Below, piece after piece: positions 1 through 8,193 of a stretch of DNA of 64,000 bases. This DNA is from Alphaproteobacteria bacterium (GTDB lineage: Bacteria > Pseudomonadota > Alphaproteobacteria > UBA6615). The stretch spans positions 22,180 through 86,179 of the forward strand of contig JAYPPL010000005.1 in NCBI GenBank assembly GCA_038131445.1, written 5' to 3'. Both the position numbers and the translations under genes were made by a program. Numbering within the stretch: position 1 is the stretch's first letter; every line of letters starts with the position of its first letter. The notes beneath the pieces were generated by a model. The model saw only the letters and a program-made list of their open reading frames with translations. It had not been told where the DNA came from and ran no database searches.

Positions 1-89
1 TCATGATCTTCGCCAGCGCAACCTATATCGCCTTGCGCGAGCGTGCCGTAAACAGAGCTCGCATGAAGCAGGAGAATGCGAAGGCATGA
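1..89 (+). CDS. 3' end of an unidentified ORF running off the left edge of the window
   Basis: Frame 3 is open from nt 3 to TGA at 87-89 (...IFASATYIALRERAVNRARMKQENAKA*). Its stop overlaps the next start as ATGA (86-89), a coupling signature. Too short to assign a family. Confidence 0.3.
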   Translation, partial: MIFASATYIALRERAVNRARMKQENAKA

Positions 90-1133
90 CGCAGACCGCA
101 AAGATTTCGGCCGTCGCGACGGCCGTTCCAAAACATGTGCTGGACCAGGGGGAGGTCATTGCCCGCTCGCGTGAAATCTTCGCGCCCGATGTACCGGCCT
201 TCGAACGGTTCACGGATGCCTACCGGAACGCAGCCATCGACACGCGCCATTCCTGCATGCCGATCGACTGGTACGCACAAGAACACCCGTTTTCCGAACG
301 CAACGCGCTCTTCATAGAGAACGCGGTCGCGCTGCTGTCGGAGGTGGCGGAAAACATCTTCGCCGAGGCGGGGATCGGGGCCCAGGACATCGACGCGCTT
401 GTCGTGGCGTCCACGACCGGTGTCGCGACCCCCAGCCTCGATGCCTTGCTGATGGAGCGCCTTCCGTTCCGCCGCGACACCCAGCGCCTGCCGATCTTCG
501 GTCTGGGCTGCGGCGGCGGTGTTACGGGGCTGGCGCGTGCGGCGCAGATTGCCATGAGCCGGCCCGATGCGCGGGTCCTATTTCTTCGTGGTCGAACTGT
601 GCGGCCTGACGTTCCGGGTCAATGACACGTCGAAGAGCAACATCATCGCCACGGCGCTGTTCGGTGATGGGGCGGCCGGGGCGCTGCTCGGCTGCAGGCT
701 GGACGGTCCGGCCGTGAAGGCGTGGGGGGAACACACCTGGGCGGGGTCCCTCGACGTCATGGGCTGGGAGGTGACCGACGACGGCCTCGGCGTGCTGTTT
801 TCCCGCGATATCCCGCATCTGGTGCGCACCCGGCTGGGTGAACCGGCCACGCGGTTCCTCGAATCCCAGGGGCTGACGGCCGCCGATATCGCACGCCATG
901 CCTGCCACCCGGGAGGTGCGAAGGTGCTGGACGCGCTGGAAGAGATTTACGGTCTGCAGCCGGGCGGCCTGAAGGCGGCGCGTGAGGTGCTGCGGCAGCA
1001 CGGGAACATGTCCGCCGCCACAGCGATGTTTGTACTGGCCGAAACTCTTAAAGAAGGCGCGCCGGGCAACTGGCTGATGTCGGCGCTCGGGCCCGGGTTC
1101 ACGGCCAGCTTCGCGCTGCTGGAGGCGTCATGA
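86..1133 (+). pseudogene. type III polyketide synthase (chalcone/stilbene synthase family), reading frame broken by a 1-nt shift near 578-588 (true pseudogene or consensus error)
   Basis: The N-terminal half is ORF 86-625 (frame 2) with active-site Cys context IFGLGCGGGVTGL. The C-terminal half is ORF 567-1133 (frame 3) with ACHPGGAKVLDA (His) and HGNMSAATAMFVL (Asn), giving the Cys/His/Asn triad. The halves overlap at 567-625. Continuity ...ARVLF/FVVELCGLTFR... is restored by removing one nt in ctaTTTcTTc. Confidence 0.85.
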
Positions 1134-1660
1134 GCAACTGGTGCCTGCTGGTCGGGTTCATCGTTCTGCAGCGGCTGATCGAGCTGCTTATCTCGCGGTA
1201 CAACACGAAGCGTCTTCTCGAAGAAGGCGCGCAAGAGCACGGCGCGCGGCACTATCCGGTCATCGTGGTGCTGCACATGGCGTGGATCGCGAGCCTCGTG
1301 ATCTTCGTGCCCTACAACGCGCCGCTCAACTGGCTGTTGCTTGCGGTTTTCGTGGTGCTGCAACTGGCGCGCGTGTGGGTGCTGCTGTCGCTCGGGCGGT
1401 ACTGGACGACGCGCATCATCACGGTACCGGACGAACCGTTGGTCCGGCGCGGCCCGTTCCGCTGGGTCAGCCATCCCAACTACATGGTGGTGGAAGCGGA
1501 GATCATCGTGGTGCCGCTGATCGCCGGAGCTTGGGAACTGGCAGTGGTCTTCGGCGCGCTCAATGCGCTGGTGCTGGCCTGGCGCATCCGGATCGAGGAG
1601 CAGGCGCTTGTGCCGCGCCGCTATCACGCAAACGGGTCAGGACGCACCCGGATCAGCTGA
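1130..1660 (+). CDS. isoprenylcysteine carboxyl methyltransferase (ICMT/PEMT-like) family membrane methyltransferase
   Basis: 176-aa multi-TM protein with RRGPFRWVSHPNYMVVEAE, the signature region of ICMT-type membrane methyltransferases. Its start overlaps the PKS stop (ATGA 1130-1133). Confidence 0.8.
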   Translation: MSNWCLLVGFIVLQRLIELLISRYNTKRLLEEGAQEHGARHYPVIVVLHMAWIASLVIFVPYNAPLNWLLLAVFVVLQLARVWVLLSLGRYWTTRIITVPDEPLVRRGPFRWVSHPNYMVVEAEIIVVPLIAGAWELAVVFGALNALVLAWRIRIEEQALVPRRYHANGSGRTRIS

Positions 1661-2652
1661 CGGCCCATGTTGCGGCCCTGATAGAGGCCAGCCAGCGCGG
1701 CAGGCGCGTTCTCCAGCCCCTCGGCAACATCCTCGCGATAGCGGATTTTCCCTTCGCCGACCCATTTCGCGAGGTCCGCATGGGCATCGCCGTATCGGTC
1801 CGCGTAGTCGAAGCACAGAAAGCCCTGCATCCGCAGCCGGCTGACCAGCATGTTGCGCTCCGGGCGCAGGCCGCTCGGCTGCGGTATCCAGGAATCGGTG
1901 CCGGCAGTCCCGCAGATGGCGATGCGCCCGTTCAGGTTCATCTGGCCGAGGACGGTATCGAGAATGTCCCCGCCCACATTGTCGAAATAGACGTCGATCC
2001 CGTCCGGGCAGGCCTCCCTGAGCGCGGCGGCGAGGTCGTTCGTGGACTTGTAGTCGATGGCCGTGCTGTAGCCGAATTCGTCGGTGCAGATGGCGGTCTT
2101 CTCGGTGCCGCCTGCGATCCCGACCGTGCGGCAACCCTTGATGTTGGCGATCTGGCCGACCGCGCTGCCGACCGCGCCGGCGGCCGTGGAGACAAGCACG
2201 GTCTCTCCCTCGCGCGGTTGACCGACATCCAGCAGTCCGAAGTAGGCGGTAAAGCCGTTGATGCCCAGAATACCGAGGGCGGTCGAGATCGGGGCGAGCG
2301 CGGGATCGACCTTCCGGAATGTCGGGCGATCCGGGTCCGCGACGGCGTATTCGGCCCAGCCGGTGTTGGCGGCGACCACGTCACCCTCCGCGACGTCGGG
2401 ATGGTTGGATTCGACCACGACGCCGACGCTGAACGCGTTCATCGTCGCACCGGTTTCCACGCTCGCATAGTTGCGCGCCGTGCTGATCCAGCCCTTCATG
2501 CCGGGGTCGGCGGACACATAGACATTGTTGATGAGTACTTCGCCCGGGCCGGGAGAGGGCGCGTCGTCCTCGACAAGCTCGAACAGGTCCGTTGTGGGCA
2601 GGCCCGTCGCACGCTCGGCGAGGATGACCCGCCGGTTCCTATGCTGTGTCAT
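1624..2652 (-). CDS. NADP-dependent oxidoreductase, medium-chain reductase of the YncB/CurA/PTGR type
   Basis: The ORF is 1624-2787. I place the start at ATG 2652 (MTQHRNRRVILAER...), which is preceded by GGAGA. Nucleotide-binding stretch VLVSTAAGAVGSAVGQIA. The 3' end overlaps the convergent ICMT gene by 37 nt. Confidence 0.85.
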   Translation of the reverse strand: MTQHRNRRVILAERATGLPTTDLFELVEDDAPSPGPGEVLINNVYVSADPGMKGWISTARNYASVETGATMNAFSVGVVVESNHPDVAEGDVVAANTGWAEYAVADPDRPTFRKVDPALAPISTALGILGINGFTAYFGLLDVGQPREGETVLVSTAAGAVGSAVGQIANIKGCRTVGIAGGTEKTAICTDEFGYSTAIDYKSTNDLAAALREACPDGIDVYFDNVGGDILDTVLGQMNLNGRIAICGTAGTDSWIPQPSGLRPERNMLVSRLRMQGFLCFDYADRYGDAHADLAKWVGEGKIRYREDVAEGLENAPAALAGLYQGRNMGRQLIRVRPDPFA

Positions 2653-2774
2653 TCTGATGGTCTCCGTTTCCCCATTCGACCGGCCGGTTCCACGGTGTCG
2701 GCCCGCTCGTCTATATTGCCTCGCAATCCCGGACGGGCAAACCGGCCCGATCCGATACGATCCGGAGTGCGAGC

Positions 2775-3275
2775 ATGAAGGCGGCAATGCCCGGCCCCCT
2801 GTCGCGGCGCGCGAGCGGTTTCGACCGCTGGCTCGGCGTGATCCTGCTGGCGTCCTTCGCGGCGCTTGTCGCGGGTCTGCTGCTTCCGGCGATCACCATC
2901 CGCTCGATGTTCATCGGGCGTGATTTCTCGCTCCTCGACAGCGTGGTGGCCTTCGGTGAACAAGGCGACTGGTTCCTGTTTATCGTGACCTTCGTCTTCA
3001 CCATCGTCTTCCCGCTTTTCAAGACCGTGACCGGGCTCGCGCTGTGGTTCGTCATCGATGCGACCGGCAGTTTCGCGCGGCCAGTGCTTGGCTGGCTTGC
3101 GGCCCTGTCCAAGTGGTCGATGCTTGATGTCTTCATTATCGCGCTAATCGTACTGGTCGCTGACGGGCGGCTGTTGTCGAGCGCGGATATCCGGATTGGA
3201 GCGGTGGCGTTTTCCGCCGCCGTGCTGGTTTCGACCTGGGCGACGCGGCGCTTGAGCCTGCTGGCGGGGAACTAG
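2775..3275 (+). CDS. PqiA/YebS-like integral membrane protein (paraquat-inducible protein A family), function uncertain
   Basis: 166-aa ORF with about 4 hydrophobic segments and a LSKWSMLDVFIIALIV stretch reminiscent of PqiA-family repeats. No PqiB/MCE partner is nearby. Confidence 0.5.
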   Translation: MKAAMPGPLSRRASGFDRWLGVILLASFAALVAGLLLPAITIRSMFIGRDFSLLDSVVAFGEQGDWFLFIVTFVFTIVFPLFKTVTGLALWFVIDATGSFARPVLGWLAALSKWSMLDVFIIALIVLVADGRLLSSADIRIGAVAFSAAVLVSTWATRRLSLLAGN

Positions 3276-3760
3276 CGCGCCAGCGCGGCGCCTGGTGCGC
3301 CCGATGTTCCTGGAATGGTGCCCGACTGACGCGGGGCGACGGTGACGGCCACTTTGCTGCCGCGTAGCATCCGGTCCTCGATCTGAATGGTTGCTGCGCG
3401 TTCGCCGCGTGTGAAGGACAAGACGCTGACCTCGGCCTGAACACTCATCACGGGCTCCCACCCGAAATTCAGCATCTGGGTCTGGTAAAGCGCGAATGTC
3501 CGGGCCGCGGGCTGACCAACATTCAGAATAATTCGCCCCGTCCAACGGTCGAGGTCGCCGAGGATCAGTGACCTCTCTACGTCGAGAGACGCGTTAGGGG
3601 GTATTACAATATCAGTCAGAAGGGAGAAGCTTTTCTCCACACCGGTCTGGTCTGCCGGCGTTGACGGCTGGAGTGGGGCCCCCTGGGAACAGGCGGCTAA
3701 TGCCAGCAATCCGCCGACACACATGCTACGCAAAAGCCAATATGAGGGCGCGGAATTCAT
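3272..3760 (-). CDS. hypothetical lipoprotein
   Basis: 162-aa ORF with signal peptide plus lipobox (GGLLALAAC|SQG). No recognisable catalytic motif. Its stop overlaps the convergent stop of the previous gene at CTAG. Confidence 0.55.
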   Translation of the reverse strand: MNSAPSYWLLRSMCVGGLLALAACSQGAPLQPSTPADQTGVEKSFSLLTDIVIPPNASLDVERSLILGDLDRWTGRIILNVGQPAARTFALYQTQMLNFGWEPVMSVQAEVSVLSFTRGERAATIQIEDRMLRGSKVAVTVAPRQSGTIPGTSGAPGAALAR

Positions 3761-3981
3761 GTTTGATATTTATCAAAGGTCAAAGAGTCGATGCAATCAT
3801 TGGCCTACATGTTGATATCCGTCGAAAATGGCGCTTTCGGTAAGGTTGGTATTTACTTATTGGCGTCGAGACCGGAATGCAGTTGAAACATGAAGCATCC
3901 CCTGCCTGAAGAAATCGCCTGCTATCCCGCGCCCGGCACCGAACGTCAGAGTTCCGGCATGAGGTTGTTTGGCGGTGTCCA

Positions 3982-4884
3982 ATGACGGCGAACAGCGAAC
4001 GTCCCGCCGACGCACCGTATCGCGGTATTCTGATGATGTGCTTCGCCGTTGCCTGTTTTGCCGCTATGAATGGTTTCGCCAAAGAATTGCGAATTCAGGA
4101 TCTGCCGGTCGTCGAAATTATCTGGGGGCGGTATTTCTTTCACACGCTGCTGGTGTTGGCCCTGTTCCCCCGACGCATTCCGACATTGCTCGCCGGCTCG
4201 GACAAGGCCCTGCAGATAGCGCGCTCGATCCTTGTGCTGCTGGCGACCGGGTGCATGTTCACAGCCGTCGGCCTGATGCCGCTGGCTGATACCGTCGCCA
4301 TAACCTTCATCGCGCCGCTTCTGATTACCGCCCTGTCAGTCCCGTTCCTGGGTGAGCGTGTCGGTATCCGTCGCTGGATCGCAGTATTCGTCGGTTTCAC
4401 GGGCATGCTGGTGATTGTTCGACCGGGCGGTGGACTGTTCCAGACGGCCGCGCTGCTGCCTATCGGCGTAACGGTGTTTTACGCCTCTTACCAGATTATC
4501 ACTCGGCTCATCAGCCACCGGACCGACCCGATCAACACAGTGTTCTACACCGCAATCGTCGGTGGGATAGGGTTATCCTTCGTGGTCCCGTTCTTCTGGC
4601 AGACGCCTTCTCTGGAGCAGTGGGGAATGCTTTTTGCCGCAGGCCTGCTTGGCGGATTGGGGCATTGGGCGATCATTATAGCCTACCGACGCGCGGAAGC
4701 GCCGCTCGTCGCACCGTTCGCTTATACCGAACTGATCTGGGCCACTATCCTGGGCTTAGTCTTGTTTCAAGATTTTCCGGACGGCTGGACATTCGTCGGT
4801 GCCGCTATCATCGCGGGGAGCGGAATTTATATTCTGCAGCGTGAACGCGTCCGACAGGTGCGAAAACCAGAACTTTTAGGTTAG
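3982..4884 (+). CDS. EamA/DMT-superfamily transporter
   Basis: 300 aa with about 10 TM segments in a two-repeat architecture typical of EamA (drug/metabolite transporter) proteins. Confidence 0.85.
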   Translation: MTANSERPADAPYRGILMMCFAVACFAAMNGFAKELRIQDLPVVEIIWGRYFFHTLLVLALFPRRIPTLLAGSDKALQIARSILVLLATGCMFTAVGLMPLADTVAITFIAPLLITALSVPFLGERVGIRRWIAVFVGFTGMLVIVRPGGGLFQTAALLPIGVTVFYASYQIITRLISHRTDPINTVFYTAIVGGIGLSFVVPFFWQTPSLEQWGMLFAAGLLGGLGHWAIIIAYRRAEAPLVAPFAYTELIWATILGLVLFQDFPDGWTFVGAAIIAGSGIYILQRERVRQVRKPELLG

Positions 4885-5268
4885 CCCGAGAGCTTAAATC
4901 GAGAGAAGTGCATAACGACGACGCGCACCTTTCCCTCGGTTACGCATTCATCTGGCAGAGGTAGGAGGAACGGGCATCGAGTGGTCAAATATCGCGCCGC
5001 GCCGGGAGTTTCCCGCCGCGTATTCTGGACGTCGAGTGTTCTTACCCGAATGCAGGACGCTTCCGCAGACCTCGTCAGACACGTGCACGTGCAGGGGACT
5101 GCGCGACGGAATCGTTATAAAATCTATAGTCATGAAATCCCAGATTCCCCAGTGGGCGGTACTCCGAAAAGTCCTTTTTTTAGACCCGCAGAGCTCCATT
5201 AATCTTGCGGCCATCCGAGCTAATTCAGGAGATATCTGTGGACTAAAAGGCAGATCTGTGTGGGATAC

Positions 5269-5300
5269 AAAAAAAGGCCAGCACGGGTAAGGTGCTGGCC
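5269..5300 (-). terminator. rho-independent terminator downstream of tRNA-Asn
   Basis: The minus strand reads GGCCAGCACC-ttac-CCGTGCTGGCC followed by TTTTTTT (plus strand a-run 5269-5275, stem 5276-5300). Confidence 0.7.
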
Positions 5301-5311
5301 TTCTCAAATTC

Positions 5312-5387
5312 TGGCTCCGGCGGCAGGACTCGAACCTGCGACCCAGCGATTAACAGTCGCTTGCTCTACCAACTGAGCTACGCCGGA
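5312..5387 (-). tRNA. tRNA-Asn (anticodon GTT)
   Basis: The reverse complement is TCCGGCGTAGCTCAGTTGGTAGAGCAAGCGACTGTTAATCGCTGGGTCGCAGGTTCGAGTCCTGCCGCCGGAGCCA. It folds as a cloverleaf with anticodon loop CTGTTAA and an encoded CCA. Confidence 0.95.
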
Positions 5388-5427
5388 TTGGTTGGCGGGC
5401 GGTTATAACAAAGACCGGCCAAATCGC

Positions 5428-5451
5428 AACAGGGCAATCGAACCTGTTTTT
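5428..5451. terminator. hairpin between the aldolase stop and tRNA-Asn (weak terminator candidate)
   Basis: aacagg-gcaatcgaa-cctgtt followed by ttt on the plus strand. On the minus strand it directly follows the 5451 stop but has only a weak U tract. Confidence 0.3.
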
Positions 5452-6233
5452 CAGGAATATCCGCGAACCCGGTTCGCGATGGACGATGCACCCGCGATCA
5501 GGACGCTCATATCCTGACCGGCAAGGACAAAGCGGACTCCAATGGAGATGTATTTCTCCTGCAGTTCCGGGGATGGAACGCCGCCCATGCCCATCCACTT
5601 GCCATACTTCTTGCAAGCCGTGGCCACGGTCTCATAGTTCGCGACGATACGATCATGGCCGACTTCACCCGGAATGCCGGAGGCTGCGGACAGATCGTTG
5701 GTCCCGATCATCACGACATCGATTCCCTCGACGGCGGCGATTTCATCGGCGTTCTCGATAGCGTGCGGCGTCTCCAGCATTACGATCACTAGCATGGCGT
5801 CGTTCATCGCCTTTGCAACGTCGCCCATTGGGGCGCTTCTGAACCCGACCTGCGGCAGGCCACCAACGACGCTACGGTGGCCTTCGGGCGGATAGTGCAG
5901 CCGGTCTACGATTTCGCGCGCTTCCTCAGCGCTCTCGCAGGACGGCATTATGATCCCTAGTGCGCCGCCATCGAGCGCGCGCGTGGCCATGGCCATCTCG
6001 CCCTTGGGTACGCGCACCAGCGGCGCGATCCCGGCGCTCAGGGCGGCCACGGAAATCTGTGCGGTCTGGTCGAGGGTGAGAGGGCCATGCTCCAGATCGA
6101 TGAACAGCCAGTCCATGCCGGCGGTTCTCATCATTGTTGCGATGTCACTGGTCCGTGCCAGACGGATGCCGAGCCCAACAGAGATCTCACCTGCTTCAAG
6201 GCGCGCGCGCGCCTGGTTCACGATGGTTACCAT
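5451..6233 (-). CDS. HpcH/HpaI family aldolase (2-keto-3-deoxy-acid aldolase class II)
   Basis: 260 aa. WLFIDLEHGP and MLETPHAIENADEIAAVEGIDVVMIGTNDL are characteristic of HpcH/HpaI/citrate-lyase-beta-fold aldolases. Confidence 0.85.
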   Translation of the reverse strand: MVTIVNQARARLEAGEISVGLGIRLARTSDIATMMRTAGMDWLFIDLEHGPLTLDQTAQISVAALSAGIAPLVRVPKGEMAMATRALDGGALGIIMPSCESAEEAREIVDRLHYPPEGHRSVVGGLPQVGFRSAPMGDVAKAMNDAMLVIVMLETPHAIENADEIAAVEGIDVVMIGTNDLSAASGIPGEVGHDRIVANYETVATACKKYGKWMGMGGVPSPELQEKYISIGVRFVLAGQDMSVLIAGASSIANRVRGYS

Positions 6234-6264
6234 GTGTCCTGCTTCCTCTCGGATTTTTTTGTGC

Positions 6265-7134
6265 TCAGCCGACCTGCAGGGCGTCTGCGCCGCGGGTGTA
6301 AGTCATGATCCGCTGGGCCGGGTTCCGGTTTACCAGCGGTCGTGCATAGAGCGGGTGGTGGAGGCTGCGCACCTCGTGCTCAACCGCATAGACTGTTTCT
6401 CCGGTGTCCGGATCAAAGATGTTCTCGAACCGGTACTGGTGTGGGCCGTCCTCGGCCGTGATCGCGCCATGCGCGCGGAGGTGTTCGTAGGGCCCCGCGA
6501 AATCCGAGATGTAAATCTGGATGTGGTGCCCGTCGAAGAGCGGCAGGTCGCGGCTTGTCTCTCGGAAATAAATCGTCTGTTCGAGGCCAGTTGCGACGGC
6601 GGCGGCTGGCGCACGGTGGTGAGAGGAGAGCGTGCAGCGTGCACCCATGACCTGTTCGTAGAACCGGGCAATTGCCGGTGCGGTGAACTCGGGAACGTCG
6701 AACACCACTTCGGGCATGCCCAGAGACATTCTACCGAATCGCTTGCCCGCCGGACAGCAGCGGATGCGGTTTCCCCAGGGGCAGGTGACGTCGATACGGT
6801 CCTTACGCACGGTGAAATCGAAAGCCGAACCCTGAAGCAGGGGACGCGCAGCCTCGAGCCGGCTCTCCAGCTCGTTGAACCAAGGCAGGACCAGCACCGT
6901 GTGGCCGCGCAGGACCTGAGTGCCGCGCGAGGGTAGGTGGAACTGATGGCGGCCGATATTGACCCACATGACATCGACCCCGGTCATCATGAAGGGATCG
7001 CGAGTCAGCCCGAGGGCGGACATGTAGAAGGAGGTGGCTAGAAGCTGGTCGGGAACGCAAAGATTGATATGCTCGAGATGCACGATGTTCCCTATGTTCT
7101 CTCCGGTTCGGTCGAGTTGTGTGCTGGTATTCAT
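6265..7134 (-). CDS. two-domain VOC (glyoxalase/dioxygenase-fold)-like protein, function unknown
   Basis: ORF 6265-7299 would run through tRNA-Cys, so I start at ATG 7134 (MNTSTQLDRT...). HLEHINLCV and HHIQIYISDF resemble the beta-alpha-beta-beta-beta metal-binding modules of VOC proteins. Probably co-transcribed with the aldolase. Confidence 0.6.
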   Translation of the reverse strand: MNTSTQLDRTGENIGNIVHLEHINLCVPDQLLATSFYMSALGLTRDPFMMTGVDVMWVNIGRHQFHLPSRGTQVLRGHTVLVLPWFNELESRLEAARPLLQGSAFDFTVRKDRIDVTCPWGNRIRCCPAGKRFGRMSLGMPEVVFDVPEFTAPAIARFYEQVMGARCTLSSHHRAPAAAVATGLEQTIYFRETSRDLPLFDGHHIQIYISDFAGPYEHLRAHGAITAEDGPHQYRFENIFDPDTGETVYAVEHEVRSLHHPLYARPLVNRNPAQRIMTYTRGADALQVG

Positions 7135-7191
7135 AGTTGAAGGGTGCGCTCGAAAGGGGGCTCTGCGCAACTTCCAAGGATGCGGATTATT

Positions 7192-7265
7192 TGGAGGCCC
7201 GGGCCGGAATCGAACCGACGTACAAGGATTTGCAGTCCTCTGCATAGCCACTCTGCCACCGGGCC
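7192..7265 (-). tRNA. tRNA-Cys (anticodon GCA)
   Basis: The reverse complement is GGCCCGGTGGCAGAGTGGCTATGCAGAGGACTGCAAATCCTTGTACGTCGGTTCGATTCCGGCCCGGGCCTCCA. Acceptor stem GGCCCGG/CCGGGCC, anticodon loop CTGCAAA. Confidence 0.95.
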
Positions 7266-7419
7266 ACCGGATGCGAGCTTTGCGCTGCGGGCGGTTCATA
7301 TCCCAAAATTCGTGCCGGATTGGAAGCCCTGGATTACGAGACTTGTTGGAATTGTCTTCGATATGGCCACTGAACTATAAGAACACTTTATTTTCTCGGA
7401 CCCGCGAGGCACGGAACCG

Positions 7420-8082
7420 ATGAGCGAATTCCAAATCGCACGGCGCAACATGGTCGATGGTCAGTTGCGTCCCTCAAAGGTCACGGACGCACGCATTCTG
7501 GATGCGATGAGCCAGCTTCCGCGCGAAATGTTCGTTGGCAAATCGCTTCAGGGCATCGCCTATGTAGATGAGGATATCGAGATCGCCGATGACCGATATC
7601 TGATTGAACCATTAGTGGTCGCGCGGCTCGTGCAGGCGTTGGACCTGACGAAAGACACTTCCGTCCTCGTGATCGGAGCGGCCACCGGCTATGACGCCGC
7701 GCTGATTGGCCGTCTGGCCGGTTCGGTGGTGGCCGTGGAAAGCGATCCCCACCTCGTCAAACAGGCGACGATGGTGATCAACCACCTCGGGATCGACAAT
7801 GTTGCTGTGGTTGAGGGCGCGCTGCAGAATGGTTTCGCTGAGCAGGGGCCTTATGACGCGATTTTCTTCGGAGGTTCGGTGGCCGAGGTTCCCTCAGGTA
7901 TCACGGCCCAGCTCGCTCCGAACGGCCGCATGGTGGCCGTGATAGGTGGCGCGGAGAACGGCATTCTCGGCCGTGCGACCCTGATGGCCAAGTTTGATAA
8001 CAGCCTATCTCGGCGTGCCCTGTTTGATGCTGGAACGCGTCCTCTGCCGGGGTTCGAGAAGGCGCCTGCGTTTGCCTTTTAG
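7420..8082 (+). CDS. protein-L-isoaspartate O-methyltransferase family protein (Pcm paralogue linked to tolC)
   Basis: 220 aa with SAM-binding motif VLVIGAATGYDAALI and N-terminal RRNMVDGQLRP. The position upstream of tolC matches a common alphaproteobacterial arrangement. Confidence 0.8.
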   Translation: MSEFQIARRNMVDGQLRPSKVTDARILDAMSQLPREMFVGKSLQGIAYVDEDIEIADDRYLIEPLVVARLVQALDLTKDTSVLVIGAATGYDAALIGRLAGSVVAVESDPHLVKQATMVINHLGIDNVAVVEGALQNGFAEQGPYDAIFFGGSVAEVPSGITAQLAPNGRMVAVIGGAENGILGRATLMAKFDNSLSRRALFDAGTRPLPGFEKAPAFAF

Positions 8083-8193
8083 AAGGTATTACGTTCTAGA
8101 ATTGTATTCTGCCAGACGCTCAAGCTCCTTGATTAGGCGAGTGGTATTGGTGGAAAACCCCATAATGGTCAGCGCTTAAAGGAACTGCTGGAG

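Noticed and set aside
1141-2778. 545-aa plus-strand ORF
   Set aside because: It is out of frame over the ICMT gene and antisense to the well-supported oxidoreductase. Its Arg/Ala/Gly-rich composition with no motifs is typical of a high-GC shadow ORF.
5950-6936. 328-aa plus-strand ORF
   Set aside because: It is antisense to the HpcH aldolase and the VOC-like gene, both of which have clear family motifs. Shadow ORF.
5269-7265. tRNA-Asn and tRNA-Cys as anchors of an integrated mobile element
   Set aside because: There is no integrase, no direct repeat of the tRNA 3' ends, and the genes between and around them are ordinary metabolic genes with host-like composition.
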